Assembly: GCF_000143415.4 (NCBI RefSeq)
Contig: NW_003314294.1
Location: forward strand, 909,442-973,441
Direction of reading: 5' to 3'
DNA from: Selaginella moellendorffii
Taxonomy: Eukaryota > Plantae > Lycopodiophyta
DNA: 64,000 nt
Under the pieces are notes generated by a model. It had not been told where the DNA came from, did not search any database, and saw only the letters and a program-made list of their open reading frames with translations. How positions within the stretch are numbered: the first letter of the stretch is position 1; each line of letters opens with the position of its first letter. Shown piece by piece: positions 47,801-59,617 of this stretch. Made by a program: the position numbers and the translations under genes.

Positions 47801-49423
47801 GGGAGTAGGCTTCTGCCACGTGGCACAGGGTAGTTAGGTCAGTCGCTGGTGGCCACGGCCATCCTATTTTCTCTCTTATTAGCGTCTCCTCAGATCATTA
47901 TCATCAGATTGTAGATCCTGATGGTTCACCATGCTAGGAGAGACTTGTGCTTTCTGATCAACAACTGCCGACTACACAGAGTACGGCGGAACATGGGGAG
48001 CAGTAGTACTGCTGCCAGTGTATTGGAGCAGCGTTTAATCCTTTGTACAAGGAAGATTTTGCAAATTGGGCTGCCCTCCTGAAGGTTGTTTTCTTGCGTG
48101 ATAATTGCGATGGGATTGTCACAGGCAAAGAACTTGAACCAGCCCAAGGTGCTCCCAAATTAGCAGATTGGAAGTGAGCCCTATCTACAATGGATATTAA
48201 TTTAGGCAAGTAGTAAATTCTTGATCTTGATAATAATGCTTCCACAAATTAGACCAATCTAACCCAGTTTCTTGGTGCTCAAATGATTGAACTTATGGTC
48301 ACATTGAAGGGCGAGTGCTTCACTTTAAAAGTGGATCCCCAATTGCCTGTCAAGAAATTTATCAAAGACATTCTCTACTATGAGAAGCGCCTTCAAGACG
48401 CAAAGCAGCCTCTGACTACTGTGGACAAGCAAGCAGCCCTGATCAATCTCATTCTTGATATCGAGGAGTATAAGGGTCTTCACACAACATTTCAGAATCT
48501 TCAAGGCCAGCTCACTTTTGAAGCAATGTGCTCATCTCTCAAGGAAGAAGAATGCCAACAGCAGAAATTGAAGACCAAGACTAAATCCAAAAGTGAGCTG
48601 GCCTTGAAGATTCTGAAACATTGTGCAAAGACTCTCACACTTCTCGATATGGTAAGATGCCCTTGCTTTACCAAAATATTCCTTTGGCACTTCGGCCATT
48701 TTTCCTTGACCCATCCCAGCCATTGATCAGGGCTGCTCGCTTGTCCACATTAGTCAAAGGCTACTTTGTGTCTTGAAGGTGCTTCTCATAGTAGAGAGTG
48801 TCATTGATAAATTTCTCGACAGGCAATTAGGGATCCATCTTTAAAGTGGAGAACTCACCCTTCAACGTGACCACATGTTCAACCGTTTAAGCACCAAGAA
48901 ACTGGGTTAGATTGGTCCAATTTGTGGGACCATTGTTATTAAGATCAAGAAGATGAATGTACTGCTCGCCTAGACCAATACCTATTGTAGATAGGGCTCG
49001 CTTGTTGTGCAGCTTCCATACCTATTGTAGATAGGGCTTGCTTGTTGCGCAGCTTCCAGTCTGCTAATTCAGGAGCATCTTGGGCTAGTTCAGATTCTTT
49101 GCCTGCAACAATCCCATCACAATTATCACACAAGAAAACGACATAGCCCAATTTGCAAAATCTCCCTTGTACAAAGGGATTAAACGCTACTCTAATGCAC
49201 TGGCAGCAGTACTATTGCTCGCCATGTTCTGCCGTACTCTATGTAGTCAGTGGTTGTTGATCAGAAAGCACATGTCTCTCCTAGCATGACCATCAGGATC
49301 TACATCTGAGGAGACGCTAATAAGAGAGAAAACAGGGTACATGGTCATGGCCGTGGCCACCAGCGTCTGACCTAACTACCCCCGTGCCACGTGGCAGAAG
49401 CCTGACTCTGACTAGGACTAACA
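44838..49423 (-). mobile_element. Decayed Ty1/Copia element, copy B, with short LTRs and TSD ACAAG/ATAAG
   Basis: LTR termini TGATAATG (44838) and ACTAACA (49423); flanks ACAAG 44833-44837 and ATAAG 49424-49428. RT ORF 45337-46500 (RFKARYV, QMDVRTAFL, YVDDLI), integrase 46497-47564, gag remnant 48588-49150. Confidence 0.9.
47807..49403. repeat. Long inverted repeat (arms 47807-48520 and 48588-49403) of Copia LTR plus gag
   Basis: AGGCTTCTGCCACGTGGCAC...CAGCTCACTTTTG is mirrored by CAAAAGTGAGCTG...GTGCCACGTGGCAGAAGCCT; arms are imperfect, with indels. Confidence 0.9.
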
Positions 49424-49429
49424 ATAAGC

Positions 49430-51471
49430 TCCTCATGCTCATCTGTTATATCTCTTTGAGTAACCATCAATTTAATATCGCCTCCAACTTCCAGCATGTG
49501 TGAATAAGCAAGTTTAGGTGTCCTATTGTCCCAAGCATACAGCCATGTCAAGTTCTTGACATTTGCCATATCATCATTCTCTAACAACACAAGTGATGCT
49601 TGATACAATTGCGAGAATCCAAGGCCATAGTGCACTCCTTTGATGCAAACCGTGTTCATAGACCACATCCTCATGGTCTGACGGAGAGGGTATAACCAAA
49701 TGCCCACCTTTGAGTCAAAATGAAATGGCTTTAGAACATCATACCCTTGCTTGTGTGTAAGGTATCAGCATTTGAGTGCGAGCTATTGAGCTATTGAATT
49801 GATGGAATCTCCTCCCATTGCTTGGTCACTGGGTTTCCAACCATGAAAGGCCTTTTGGAATATGGAAACCACGAGAAGATATTTCCCTGACTACTTGCGA
49901 CCCATGCGGGGCAAACCAGTTCTCAATAGATATTTCTTTCCCCATCAGACTCCATGCTGGATACTTCCAGAAGCGTCTGAGCTCGTTGAATGAAGTATAC
50001 CCTTGGTGCAGAAACAGGAACTTGGTGTGGGTTTTGTTCATCCATTGTTCCGTGAAGTATGGATGCCGTCGCAAATGAAACCATTCCTTACACACCGGCT
50101 GCAGCCGCAAAACATCTTCGGCTGGTAGAAAAGACAGTATATGAGCATTCCATCTCGACTGGGCTTGAGCGTGAATCCATGCATCTGAGAGGAAGCTCTC
50201 GGTAGATTTGATGAACGAGAGAGAATCATACCTTCTTCCCAGAGTACGCGTTCAGCAAATAGAGAAGCCTAATTTTGCCACTAGCGACTTCCACGGTATC
50301 AACACCCACGAGACGGAGTTTAAAACACTCGATGCATCGGAGAAATCAATCACGTCATACCTTATCAAAAGACCTTACGTCCCTACGTCAAACAGCTTGA
50401 TTTCTCAACAGCAAATACTAGGCCTTGCTGAAGACGGTCTGAGAAAGTTCCGAAAGAAAGGAAGAGGCTTTTCTTACTTCGGAAACGTTGCTGCGCAGAT
50501 GCCACAACCGGACAGTGTGATCCAATTACATGAACGAATCGTTCTTCGGAGACACTTCACGACCAAGCACTCCATTGCCTTTTCGTAGAAGACGTCCTGG
50601 GAAGATTCGTCGAAGAGTCAGCAACCAGAATTACTCCAGGTTGCTGCCTGTTGACAACTCATCGTCAGACACTCTAAAGCGCGGCACAGTACGAAGGAAT
50701 GGATGAACCTAGTGGTGAGGAAACTCAGCACACAGCATGGACAAAAGGAGTTTGTAACAGAAGTCTCGGCTCTGGGAAACATAAGCCGCTTCCGATGCTT
50801 CAGAAGGCTGCTCGTCTACGAGCTCATGTCCAATGGTTCCTTGGAACAGATGGATTTTTTTCACTAGCAAGAACAAACTGGACTTGAAACTTCGATAGGA
50901 CAAGCTTTACTTTATCACGATCACAAAGAACAACACCAGATCGCTCAAGTGTGTCAACGTGTGGGATTCACACGGCAAGGTGGCGACTTTGGCAACGTGG
51001 ACGAGTCTTCCCATGGGCTTGCATCAAGAAACATACAATGGATGCCGGAATAATAACTCCTGCGCGGGTAAGTTTCTTCTTTTTCTTTTGTGATTTCTAC
51101 ATGTTTGTGATTACTGAGTTTCAGGAAAGCTGGTGCTTGCAAACTTGATTCCAGTCGATACACAAACCCAAGTTGGTTTTGTCTATCTGGATGAAGCATC
51201 CAGACAGTGGCAACCCTTGGCAACTATGCCTAGAGAGATTATGCCGGCAGAGCTTAGAAAAGTTGGGCTGCGAGCAGGCAATATGCATGAGTGGAGTTTG
51301 ATAGTGGCGGGAGGGGAGACGGAGATCACCTTGTTCATAACTCACTTAACGTTCGGTTGGGGTTGCATTTACAGTAAAGAAACCGGTATCTGGCGACCAG
51401 CTTGTGGCCTAAGGTCCAAAGGTGGTATGCTGTATCCTTTCAAGCCATCATTCCATCCAGTCTCCATTTAG
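49430..51471. pseudogene. Mosaic of F-box, WDR82 and RLK2 gene fragments (unit B)
   Basis: Copy of 34430-36597 lacking the ~160-bp F-box segment at 34540-34700. Confidence 0.8.
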
Positions 51472-52694
51472 TTAGAATCATCATACTCCCATTTAAAGGT
51501 GTCATGTAATTTAAGAATGAGTATGGGAAACGAATATCCTAAATAAATATTTATTTTTTAATACAACAATTTTTTTTCCAAGTTTTATTGTGAGAACATT
51601 CAACACAACAGCTCCCCAAATTCACGAAGGTAATTGCCCAGATATTTCATGTCATTAAACAAAACTCCACGACCTTGCAAAAGTTCTCTTACAACCATCT
51701 TGCGACGGGCAGCCTCCAATTCATCTTCAAACGGATCTGATCGTAAGGTTCTGGCTTGGCATAGAGCAAGTTCATTTCTTATCCCAGGTTTGTTCTTACC
51801 ACCTTTTCTTGAAGAATGGATTTAAATCCAGAGCGACACTCACACTGGGCTGAAATTTGGTATTGATTTCTGTTAGAAATATTATCTATCAAAACACACC
51901 CGATTATCAATCTCTACCAGGTAGGTACATGGCTTTTTATTTTTCTGGTACTGGTCACTTTTTCCTTCCATATCAGCCAGCTGGAGTTGTGGCTATAGAA
52001 CGTATTGTGCTGAGAGAAATCTGCAGAATGCCAATGAAGTTATACAGCGTTTGCCATGGACAGTTCGATCGATAAGCTTGGGAAAGCTTGGGAAATACAT
52101 TTTTCTATGGGGATGGAGTGCTTTTGCGCTGCTCTTTGTGTTTGCGTTGGAGAAAAAATTTTATGGGATGCCTCTGGTGGAACCAAAGAGGATCTCTGCC
52201 AAAGAAGGAGATTTCGGAAGAGTCAGTAGTGAGAGACATTATCAAACTCAATAGCAGCCCAGCAGCACCATTGCTGGCATTTGAGTGCTCCTAAACCAAA
52301 ACCAGAGCCTGGTTTAGGCTCCACCACGGTAACCATCCCGACAAGACCACCTTCGGGCACGAATTTTATCGGAAACACAGCTTGAGAAGCAAGGGTCTTG
52401 ATTTATTCTGGCGTGCTGATCTTGGTAGCATTTGTTCGATTGGCCTTAAGAATTTGAGGTCCGAACAAATCAAGAGACCTCTGGAAGTTTGGCAGTGCTC
52501 ATATTATTGTTTCATCGTGTTCTTGTGTGAGATGGCAAAGTATACAACACTCATATTCGCCGTGCTTTACTACATGCTTGGGTACTCTTGACAAACTGGA
52601 TACTTTCTTCGGGTTACGTTCTTCACCACCTTTCCTATCTAAGACTAATAAGACTACAAGCTCTCTTTGATTAACATACCTGACCAACATCCTT

Positions 52695-54070
52695 TTACAA
52701 TTTGGACACGTCGGGTATCCAAAACGCTAAAACATATGAGGCAGTCGCAAACATGAGCCTTCGCGGAGCCCATTTCACCACGGCAGGAATTCCAGCGTTG
52801 TTCGTCCAGCACGCTACCTGGAATTCAATCAAAATAAGTCTTTTTTTTTCCTCTTTTTTAGCACGAGAATTTCTCTCACCTCTGCACCGCTTAAGGAGCT
52901 CCATATTCTCAAACTTCCATCCCCGGAGCCTGAGATTCAATACTTATAGCTATCAGGAACTGATACAAACGAATGTTACCTGAGATAACATAGCGACCGT
53001 CTGGACTGAACGATGCTTCCAACGTTTCTTCGTCTCGACTGGGCTTGAGCGTGAATCCATGCATCTGGGAAGGAGCTCTCGGTATAGACTTAACGAGCGA
53101 GAGAGAAGTTTACCTTCTTTCCAGAGTAGGCATCAAGCAAATACACCCGGCTGTTTGTTGTGGAGAGAAGCATCATTTTACCATCGTTGCTAAACTTCAT
53201 GCCAGCGACTTCCGCGGTATCACCACCCACGAGAAAAGTGTCAAAAGGTCCCTGAAGCATTCGTTCGGACTTTCATAAAATTATTGGAGAATCAATCACA
53301 TCTTACCTTGTCGAAAGACCTTCCGTCAAACAGCTTGATTGCTCCGCCTTCCATGGCAACAGCAAATACCAGGCCTTGTTGATCATACGCCACAGACAGT
53401 CTTCCCCGGACTCTAAGAAGACCCTGAAATCATGGAAATGCTCTAGCCAAAGTTCTGGAAGAAAACGCAAGAAAAGAGTTTTTCTTACTTGGCAAACATT
53501 GCTGCGAAGATCCCACAACCGGACAGTGTGATCCAATGACCCAGACATGAAAGAATCGTTCTTTGGAGACATACATAGTGATACAACCCTGTGAGCAAAA
53601 GAAATAAAATAAGCATGGCCTTGGGTTGCTCCAAAGACTCACCTTTGCGTGTGTCCTCTGAAATATCGTAGAAATCTATTATCATACAACGATAGATACC
53701 GAAAGGACTCTGGAAACAAAGAAAGAACCTCAAACACACGAAAAAACGTTCTCTCTTACCATCACTTCCATTGCTGGAGGAAAAAATCACAGCATTGGTG
53801 TGATGCGTGAAACATATGTGATCCACGCCATATCTTGCACTGTAGAGAGTCTTCATGGGCCTGGATGGAGCAAAGAAAAGGAAACTTGAAACCTCCCAAG
53901 AACTCGGGGGAAAAAATCACCTACGTCGCAGTGGCAGTATCGTAGAGCCGAATGGACGCGTCCTCCGCAGCAGTCACCACGAGATCCTCCGTGCGATGAA
54001 AATCCAAGGAGCTGATCTTCCCCCCCTGTGGGACAAGATTGCTCCTGTAAGTTGATGAAAGACTTTCCAT
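52695..54070 (-). CDS. WDR82/Swd2 (APRF1-like) WD40 gene, copy B: native exon 1 missing, remaining exons appear intact, possible surrogate ATG at 54070
   Basis: Exons read [11 protein letters not shown]..., [80 protein letters not shown] and [26 protein letters not shown]-stop, with GT-AG introns. Functional status unknown. Confidence 0.7.
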
Positions 54071-54205
54071 GTTTTGTTCACTCGAACGATGTAAACCGTG
54101 TGACTTCGCACTGACGAGCAGGGCATTGCAAATTACCAAGGTCTTCCCTTCCAAACCTCTAAAGGACCATGCAAATCAGCAATCGTCAATGGATCAATCA
54201 AATGA
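54028..54205 (+). pseudogene. Orphan 3' fragment of the Arc1p-like gene (unit C); last splice acceptor deleted
   Basis: Copy of 7602-7789 with a 10-bp deletion (GTGACTT[GCAGGAACTT]CGCAC). Confidence 0.9.
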
Positions 54206-54289
54206 GAACGCAAAGGTGATCCATATTTCGTGAGGAAAAAATATTCTATATACTTTATAATGGATCAAACTCTTCAACTATAGATTGGT

Positions 54290-56860
54290 TTATCTGGGAC
54301 CAGACGGCTGGTGTGCTACCATGGCCACACTGACGCTACCACCAAGATGGTTAGTCGAAGAGAACCGAAGAACTCCCGCAGAACTCAACGCAAACCGGAA
54401 GAAGAGAGGCGGCTCCAAAATCTCCTTTCGACCTTCGAGCATCTGGACGACTGTATCCATCGGGGGTCTTTGGCTGGGATTATCCTGGATGCACCACAGA
54501 GCTACCTGGAGCATACTTTTCACCTCGTCCTCGTCCACACTATCTCGGATCCTTGTATCCACGACTTTGAGAAACTCTCTCTTGGAGACTCGAGCTACGA
54601 CCCAGGCCGGGAAGTACCACCACAAAGCTTGTTCCTCCTCGTCCATTGGAGCTTCACAACAGTCTTCTCCACCATGGCCGCCAAGCTTGGACAAGTTCCT
54701 TCGTCCACCTATGAGCTCCAGCAGCACCATACCATAGCTGTAGACGTCGCATTTCTTCGTGGCTACCGAATGTAAGAGCCACTCCGGGGCGAGATATCCT
54801 GGAGTACCTCGAACATCAGTCACAGTCTGGCTTACATCCCGAGTCTTGAGCAGCTTCGCCATGCCGAAATCGGAGAGCTTGGGACGAAACTTATCGTCTA
54901 GAAGGACGTTCTCGGGCTTGATGTCGAGATGGATGATCAGCTGCCGCGATTCCTCGTGCAAGTAAGCCAGGCCTTGAGCTACTCCCAAGGCAATATCGCG
55001 GCGGCTCTGCCAGTCCAAGCATCGATCTTCGAACAGCCACTTATCCAAGGATCCATTCACCACGTACTCGTAGACGAGCATGAGCTGGTTCTTCTCGGAG
55101 CAAAAGCCATAGAGCTGGACAACGTTGTGGTGGCTTATCCGTCCCAGCGAGGCCATCTCCGCGAGAAATCCCCTGTCACTCTGGTTCCGGTTCTCCAGGC
55201 GCTTGACCGCCACCTTTCTCCCGTCCGCCAGAGTCCCTTCATAGACGGTTCCAAAGCCGCCTTTACCAAGGCTCGAAGCGAAGTTCCCAGTCGCCACCTC
55301 CAGCTCCTTGTATGTATACTTCTGAGCCGAGCCTTGCAGTGCCAGAGCCAAAGCACGCTCAACTTTGTCAAGCCTGTGCTTCCAGATCATCAGCACGACC
55401 AAGCCGAGAGCTGATAGCAGGACCACGCTCGCAGCAATGCTGACTCCAAGCAAAACGGTGCGATCCTTGGGCTTCTTCCGCACGAAAAGCTCTGCGTTTT
55501 GCAGCTTGAGGAAGCCATCGAAGTTGGGATCCCTGGTGAGGCCTCCATACATCCGGTCGACGAAGAAACAGGTGCTCGACTGCTTGTTGTAGAAGAGTGC
55601 GCTGCAGGAGAAATTCGCTAGGCACAAGCTCCAGCACTCGCTCAAGGTGGAAACTCTGTCGGCTTTGGTGTAATTGTTGGAGAAGTAGCCGGCTCCACTC
55701 ACGTTGAGAAAGTGGTGGTTCTCGGCCTCGACTTCGTGGTTGCAAACGAGAGGTATGCTGCTCGGACTTGGGCAAGTTTGCTCCTGATGGCCACTCTGGT
55801 CTTGGACTATACAGCTGCACTGAGCGTTCCCAGAGCAAACGCTGTTCGATTCGCATGCCATCGGGAGGCAAACGCTGTTCGATTCGCATGCCATCGGGAG
55901 GCAACCTCCAAGTCTGTTCCTCATGAACGGCGGACCCTGTTCCCACGAAGCTCGTCCAGAGTTGTAGGTGTAAGGAACCAGCTTCCCATCGATTTCAAGT
56001 TTGAGATACTGCCAGTCATCGCTGCTGTTCCCGAGTACTGCTGTGAGAGGAGCGCTGCAGAGCTGGGAAGGGTTGCTCGTCGATGGCTGGTACGATAGTA
56101 TCAGTTGGCCAGCGGAATACTCGAGCTCTGTGTGATAAGTCGGGCATGGTGCGTTGATGGAAGTCTCGTCCATTGGCAAGTTTCCATTGTATAAGTTCCA
56201 AACCAAGTAAGGCTGTCTTGTGTCCCGGTTGAGGAAAAAGATGAGACCGCTCGGCTCAACTTCCATCTTTATGTTCCCGCTAGCAAGACTTGATGAATTG
56301 GCGCTGCTGATAAGTCTCTGCTTAGTTACCATAACTTGTCCTTCTAAAAGGATATCTGTAGGATGGTCGAAGCTCTGCCAGGAGATCCCACCCGTGGAGT
56401 TGTAGAGGACAAAGTTCCCAGTGTCTCGAAGCTCCATCTCAGAAACTCCACCAGGAGAACTCCATACAACCTTCCCATCCCAATCGGCAACTTCCAGAGC
56501 TCCCTGACCGGTCACACGAACGGTAGCATTTTCTGTCACAGGACTGTCCCGGTTTGCAGCCCAGACGCAGACGCCAGAGTTCGTGTTGTTGCTGGAGCCA
56601 AGAACCAAAGCAAAGTAGAACTCGGCCGAGTTGTGGAATCGAAAGAAAGACAAGCCAAATCTTCCGCTCTGGCTCATGAGAGGACTGTCACCTGCTCGGA
56701 GCAGCCGATAACTGGCATTGGCCTGTGATCCTTGCAATTCCAGAAGCTGATTGTTGTTCGTTACTTCCCAGCCGTGTGATAGACTGTAGTTCCTGCCGTG
56801 CACACGAAAGAGAATTGTCATCAGCTGAAAGAAAGCGACCAAAAAAATCTTCATAGCCAT
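54290..56860 (-). CDS. G-type lectin S-receptor-like kinase RLK1, copy C, 856 aa (11-aa duplication in the EGF-like region)
   Basis: Full ORF with all domains; CLPMACESNSV is tandemly duplicated; PAN NCSC is changed to NFSC. Confidence 0.92.
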   Translation of the reverse strand: MAMKIFLVAFFQLMTILFRVHGRNYSLSHGWEVTNNNQLLELQGSQANASYRLLRAGDSPLMSQSGRFGLSFFRFHNSAEFYFALVLGSSNNTNSGVCVWAANRDSPVTENATVRVTGQGALEVADWDGKVVWSSPGGVSEMELRDTGNFVLYNSTGGISWQSFDHPTDILLEGQVMVTKQRLISSANSSSLASGNIKMEVEPSGLIFFLNRDTRQPYLVWNLYNGNLPMDETSINAPCPTYHTELEYSAGQLILSYQPSTSNPSQLCSAPLTAVLGNSSDDWQYLKLEIDGKLVPYTYNSGRASWEQGPPFMRNRLGGCLPMACESNSVCLPMACESNSVCSGNAQCSCIVQDQSGHQEQTCPSPSSIPLVCNHEVEAENHHFLNVSGAGYFSNNYTKADRVSTLSECWSLCLANFSCSALFYNKQSSTCFFVDRMYGGLTRDPNFDGFLKLQNAELFVRKKPKDRTVLLGVSIAASVVLLSALGLVVLMIWKHRLDKVERALALALQGSAQKYTYKELEVATGNFASSLGKGGFGTVYEGTLADGRKVAVKRLENRNQSDRGFLAEMASLGRISHHNVVQLYGFCSEKNQLMLVYEYVVNGSLDKWLFEDRCLDWQSRRDIALGVAQGLAYLHEESRQLIIHLDIKPENVLLDDKFRPKLSDFGMAKLLKTRDVSQTVTDVRGTPGYLAPEWLLHSVATKKCDVYSYGMVLLELIGGRRNLSKLGGHGGEDCCEAPMDEEEQALWWYFPAWVVARVSKREFLKVVDTRIRDSVDEDEVKSMLQVALWCIQDNPSQRPPMDTVVQMLEGRKEILEPPLFFRFALSSAGVLRFSSTNHLGGSVSVAMVAHQPSGPR

Positions 56861-57098
56861 GAACCATGAAGCAGAATGCGCTAGCTATTTTCGTATCTAT
56901 AGAAAGGGAGCGGTCCATTCACTTGACTCATTCATATTCATACTTCTTCCACTTATTCCAGTCTCGAGTACCAACTGTTACCGAAAGTTTGATTAGTCTT
57001 TGCTTGAAAAGAAGTCTAGTCTTCAAGACTTTTCCAAGTCTTGAAAGTAAGGACTTACGTCTCGTATAAGCAGGTGTTCTCAATGCAGAACGGCAGCA

Positions 57099-57305
57099 AT
57101 GCAAAAGCAAAAGGTTTCACAGGTTGCTAAGGCGTTGTTCCTGGAACTAATAATGCTCCTCACAGTTACTTCTGAAGGGAAGTTGTACACGATACCTGAT
57201 AAATGGCGCATTTTCATGAACAACAGTCTCCCAGAATTCCAAGGCGATGGCAGATCCGGGAGTTATCGCCTGGTGAGTGCTCTTCCAAAGGATAACCCTT
57301 CTAGC
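57099..57305 (+). pseudogene. RLK2 copy C, only the first ~68 codons, fused to antisense Copia gag
   Basis: Matches RLK2 up to GATAACCCTTCTAGC, then ATTGTTATCAAG from the gag arm. Confidence 0.9.
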
Positions 57306-57757
57306 ATTGTTATCAAGATTAAGAAGATGAATGTACTGCTCACCATACCCATTGTAGATAGGGCTTGCTTGTTGCGCAGCTTTTAGTCTGCTAGTTCGGG
57401 AGCACCTTGGGCTGGTTCAGGTTCTTTGCCTGTGACAATCCCATCGCAATTATCACACAAGAAAACAACCTTCAAGAGGGCAGCCCAATTTGCAAAATCT
57501 CTTTTTGTACAAAGGGATAAAACACTGCTCCAATGCAGTGGCAGCAGTACTACTGCTCGCCATGTTCTGCTGTACTTTGTGTAGTCAGCGGTTGTTGATC
57601 AGAAAGCACAGGTCTCTCCTAGCATGGTGAACCATCAGGATCTACAATCTGATACCATGATAATGTTCTGAGGAGACGCTAGAAAACAGGGTACATGGCC
57701 ATGGCCATGGCCACCAGCGTCTGACCTAACTACCCCGTGCCACGTGGCAGAAGCCTG
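57303..57757 (-). mobile_element. Copia 5' LTR, PBS and gag fragment (unit C)
   Basis: AATCTGATACCA (PBS complement) followed by TGATAATG LTR at about 57658; homologous to 48930-49403. Confidence 0.85.
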
Positions 57758-57759
57758 CC

Positions 57760-59530
57760 TTGAGTAACCATCAATCCAATATCGCCTCCAACTTCCAGCA
57801 TGTGTGAATAAGCACCACGTTTAAGCGTCATATTGTCCCAAGCTTACAGCCATGTCGAGTTGTTGACATTTGCCATATCATCAATCTCTAACAATACAAG
57901 TGATGCTTGATACAATTGTGAGAATCCAAGGCCATAGTGCACTCCTTTGATGCAAACCGTGTTCATAGACCACATCCTCATGGTCTGACCGAGAGGGTAT
58001 AACCAAATGCCCACCTTTGAGTCAAAATGAAATGGCTTTAGAACATCATACCCTCGCTTGTGTGTAAGGTATCAGCATTTGAGTGCGAGCTATTGAGGGT
58101 TGCATTGATGGAATCTCCACCCATTGCTTGGTCACTGGGTTTCCAACCATGAAAGGCCTTTTGGAATAACAAGAAGATAATTCCCTGGGCAGACAAAACT
58201 ACTTGCAACCCATGCGGGGCAAACCAGTTCTCAATAGATATTTCTTTCCCCATCAGACTCCATGCTGGTTACTTCTAGAAGCGTCTGAGCTCGTTGAATG
58301 AAGTATACCCTTGGTGCAGAAACAGGAACTTGGTGTCATTGTTCCGTGAAGTATGGATGCCGTCGCAAATGAAACCATTGCTTACACGCCGGCTGCAGCC
58401 GCAAAACATCTTCGGCTGGTAGAAAGGACAGTACATGAGCATTCCATCTCGACTGGGCTTGAGCGTGAATCCATGCATCTGAGAGGAAGCTCTCGGTAGA
58501 TTTGATGAACGAGAGAGAATCATACCTTCTTCCCAGAGTGCGGGTTCAGCAAATAGAGAAGCCTAATTTTGCCACCAGCGACTTCCACGGTATCAACACC
58601 CACGAGACGGAGTTTAAAACACTCGATGCATCGGAGAAATCAATTACGTCTTACCTTATCAAAAGACCTTATGTCCCTACGTCAAACAGCTTGATTTCTC
58701 AACAGCAAATACCAGGCCTTGCTGAAGACGGTCTGAGAAAGTTCCGAAAGAAAGGAAAGAGGCTTTTCTTACTTGGCAAACGTTGCTGCGCAGATGCCAC
58801 AACCGGACAGTGTGATCAAATTACATGAACGAATCGTTCTTCGGGGACACTTCACGACCAAGCCCTCCATTGCTTTTTCGTCCTGGGAAGATTTGTCGAA
58901 GAGTCAGCAACCAGAATTACTCCAGGTTGCTGCATGTTGACAACTCATCGTCAGACACTCTAAAGCGCGTCACAGTGTACGAAGGAATGGATGAACCTAG
59001 TGGTGAGGAAACTAGTCCAGTTTGTTCCTGCTGGTGGAAAAAATCCATCTGTTCCAAGGAACCATTGGACATGAGCTCGTAGACGAGCAGCCTTCTGAAG
59101 CATTGGAAGCGACTTATGTTTCCCAGAGCCGAGACTTCTGTTACCAACTCCTTTTGTCCATGCTGTGTCACTGCTCAAGGACTGGCCTACTTGTAGACGT
59201 TGCATTTCTTTTTCGCTGTTGAGTGAATCAGCCTCTCTGGAGCTAAGTAGCCTGGAGTTCCTCTCACTCCAGTGACCATTCTATTCCGACTGTCAATGAG
59301 TAGTTTCGCTATTGCGACTTTGGCCTACTTGTCACCCAGGATGTTGGCTTGAGATCCAAGTGGATGGTCGAGTCTCTGAATTCCTCGTGGAGACTGCTCC
59401 AAGATCAAGTCACCACTCCCGGCCTGGGCCATGAGCGAAATCCAGAAAGGGAACACGATGCAAGTGGTGTTAAGGACTCAGAGGCAAGCAAAGAATCTAA
59501 TCCAGATGACTAATGCAATGGTGCGAATCT
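57760..59530. pseudogene. Mosaic of F-box, WDR82 and scrambled RLK2 kinase fragments (unit C)
   Basis: Homology to 49455-50720, then RLK2 blocks in alternating orientation. Confidence 0.8.
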
Positions 59531-59617
59531 TCATTTACCTTCCGGTTTGGCATATCTTGATTACACTTAACCTTTCATTTTACGCAAAGATATTTCTAAT
59601 ATTAGTCTTGGAAGTGT

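Larger units (their letters stand above)
39446..54027. repeat. Segmental duplication unit B (14,582 bp)
   Basis: Starts and ends at the same WDR82|Arc1p junction (GATCTTCCCCC(A/C)CT|GTGGGACAAG). Confidence 0.9.
54028..59530. repeat. Segmental duplication unit C (partial; large internal deletion at 57303-57305)
   Basis: Same Arc1p end, RLK1 and RLK2 start, then a jump via AGC microhomology into the Copia gag/LTR and the mosaic region. Confidence 0.85.
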
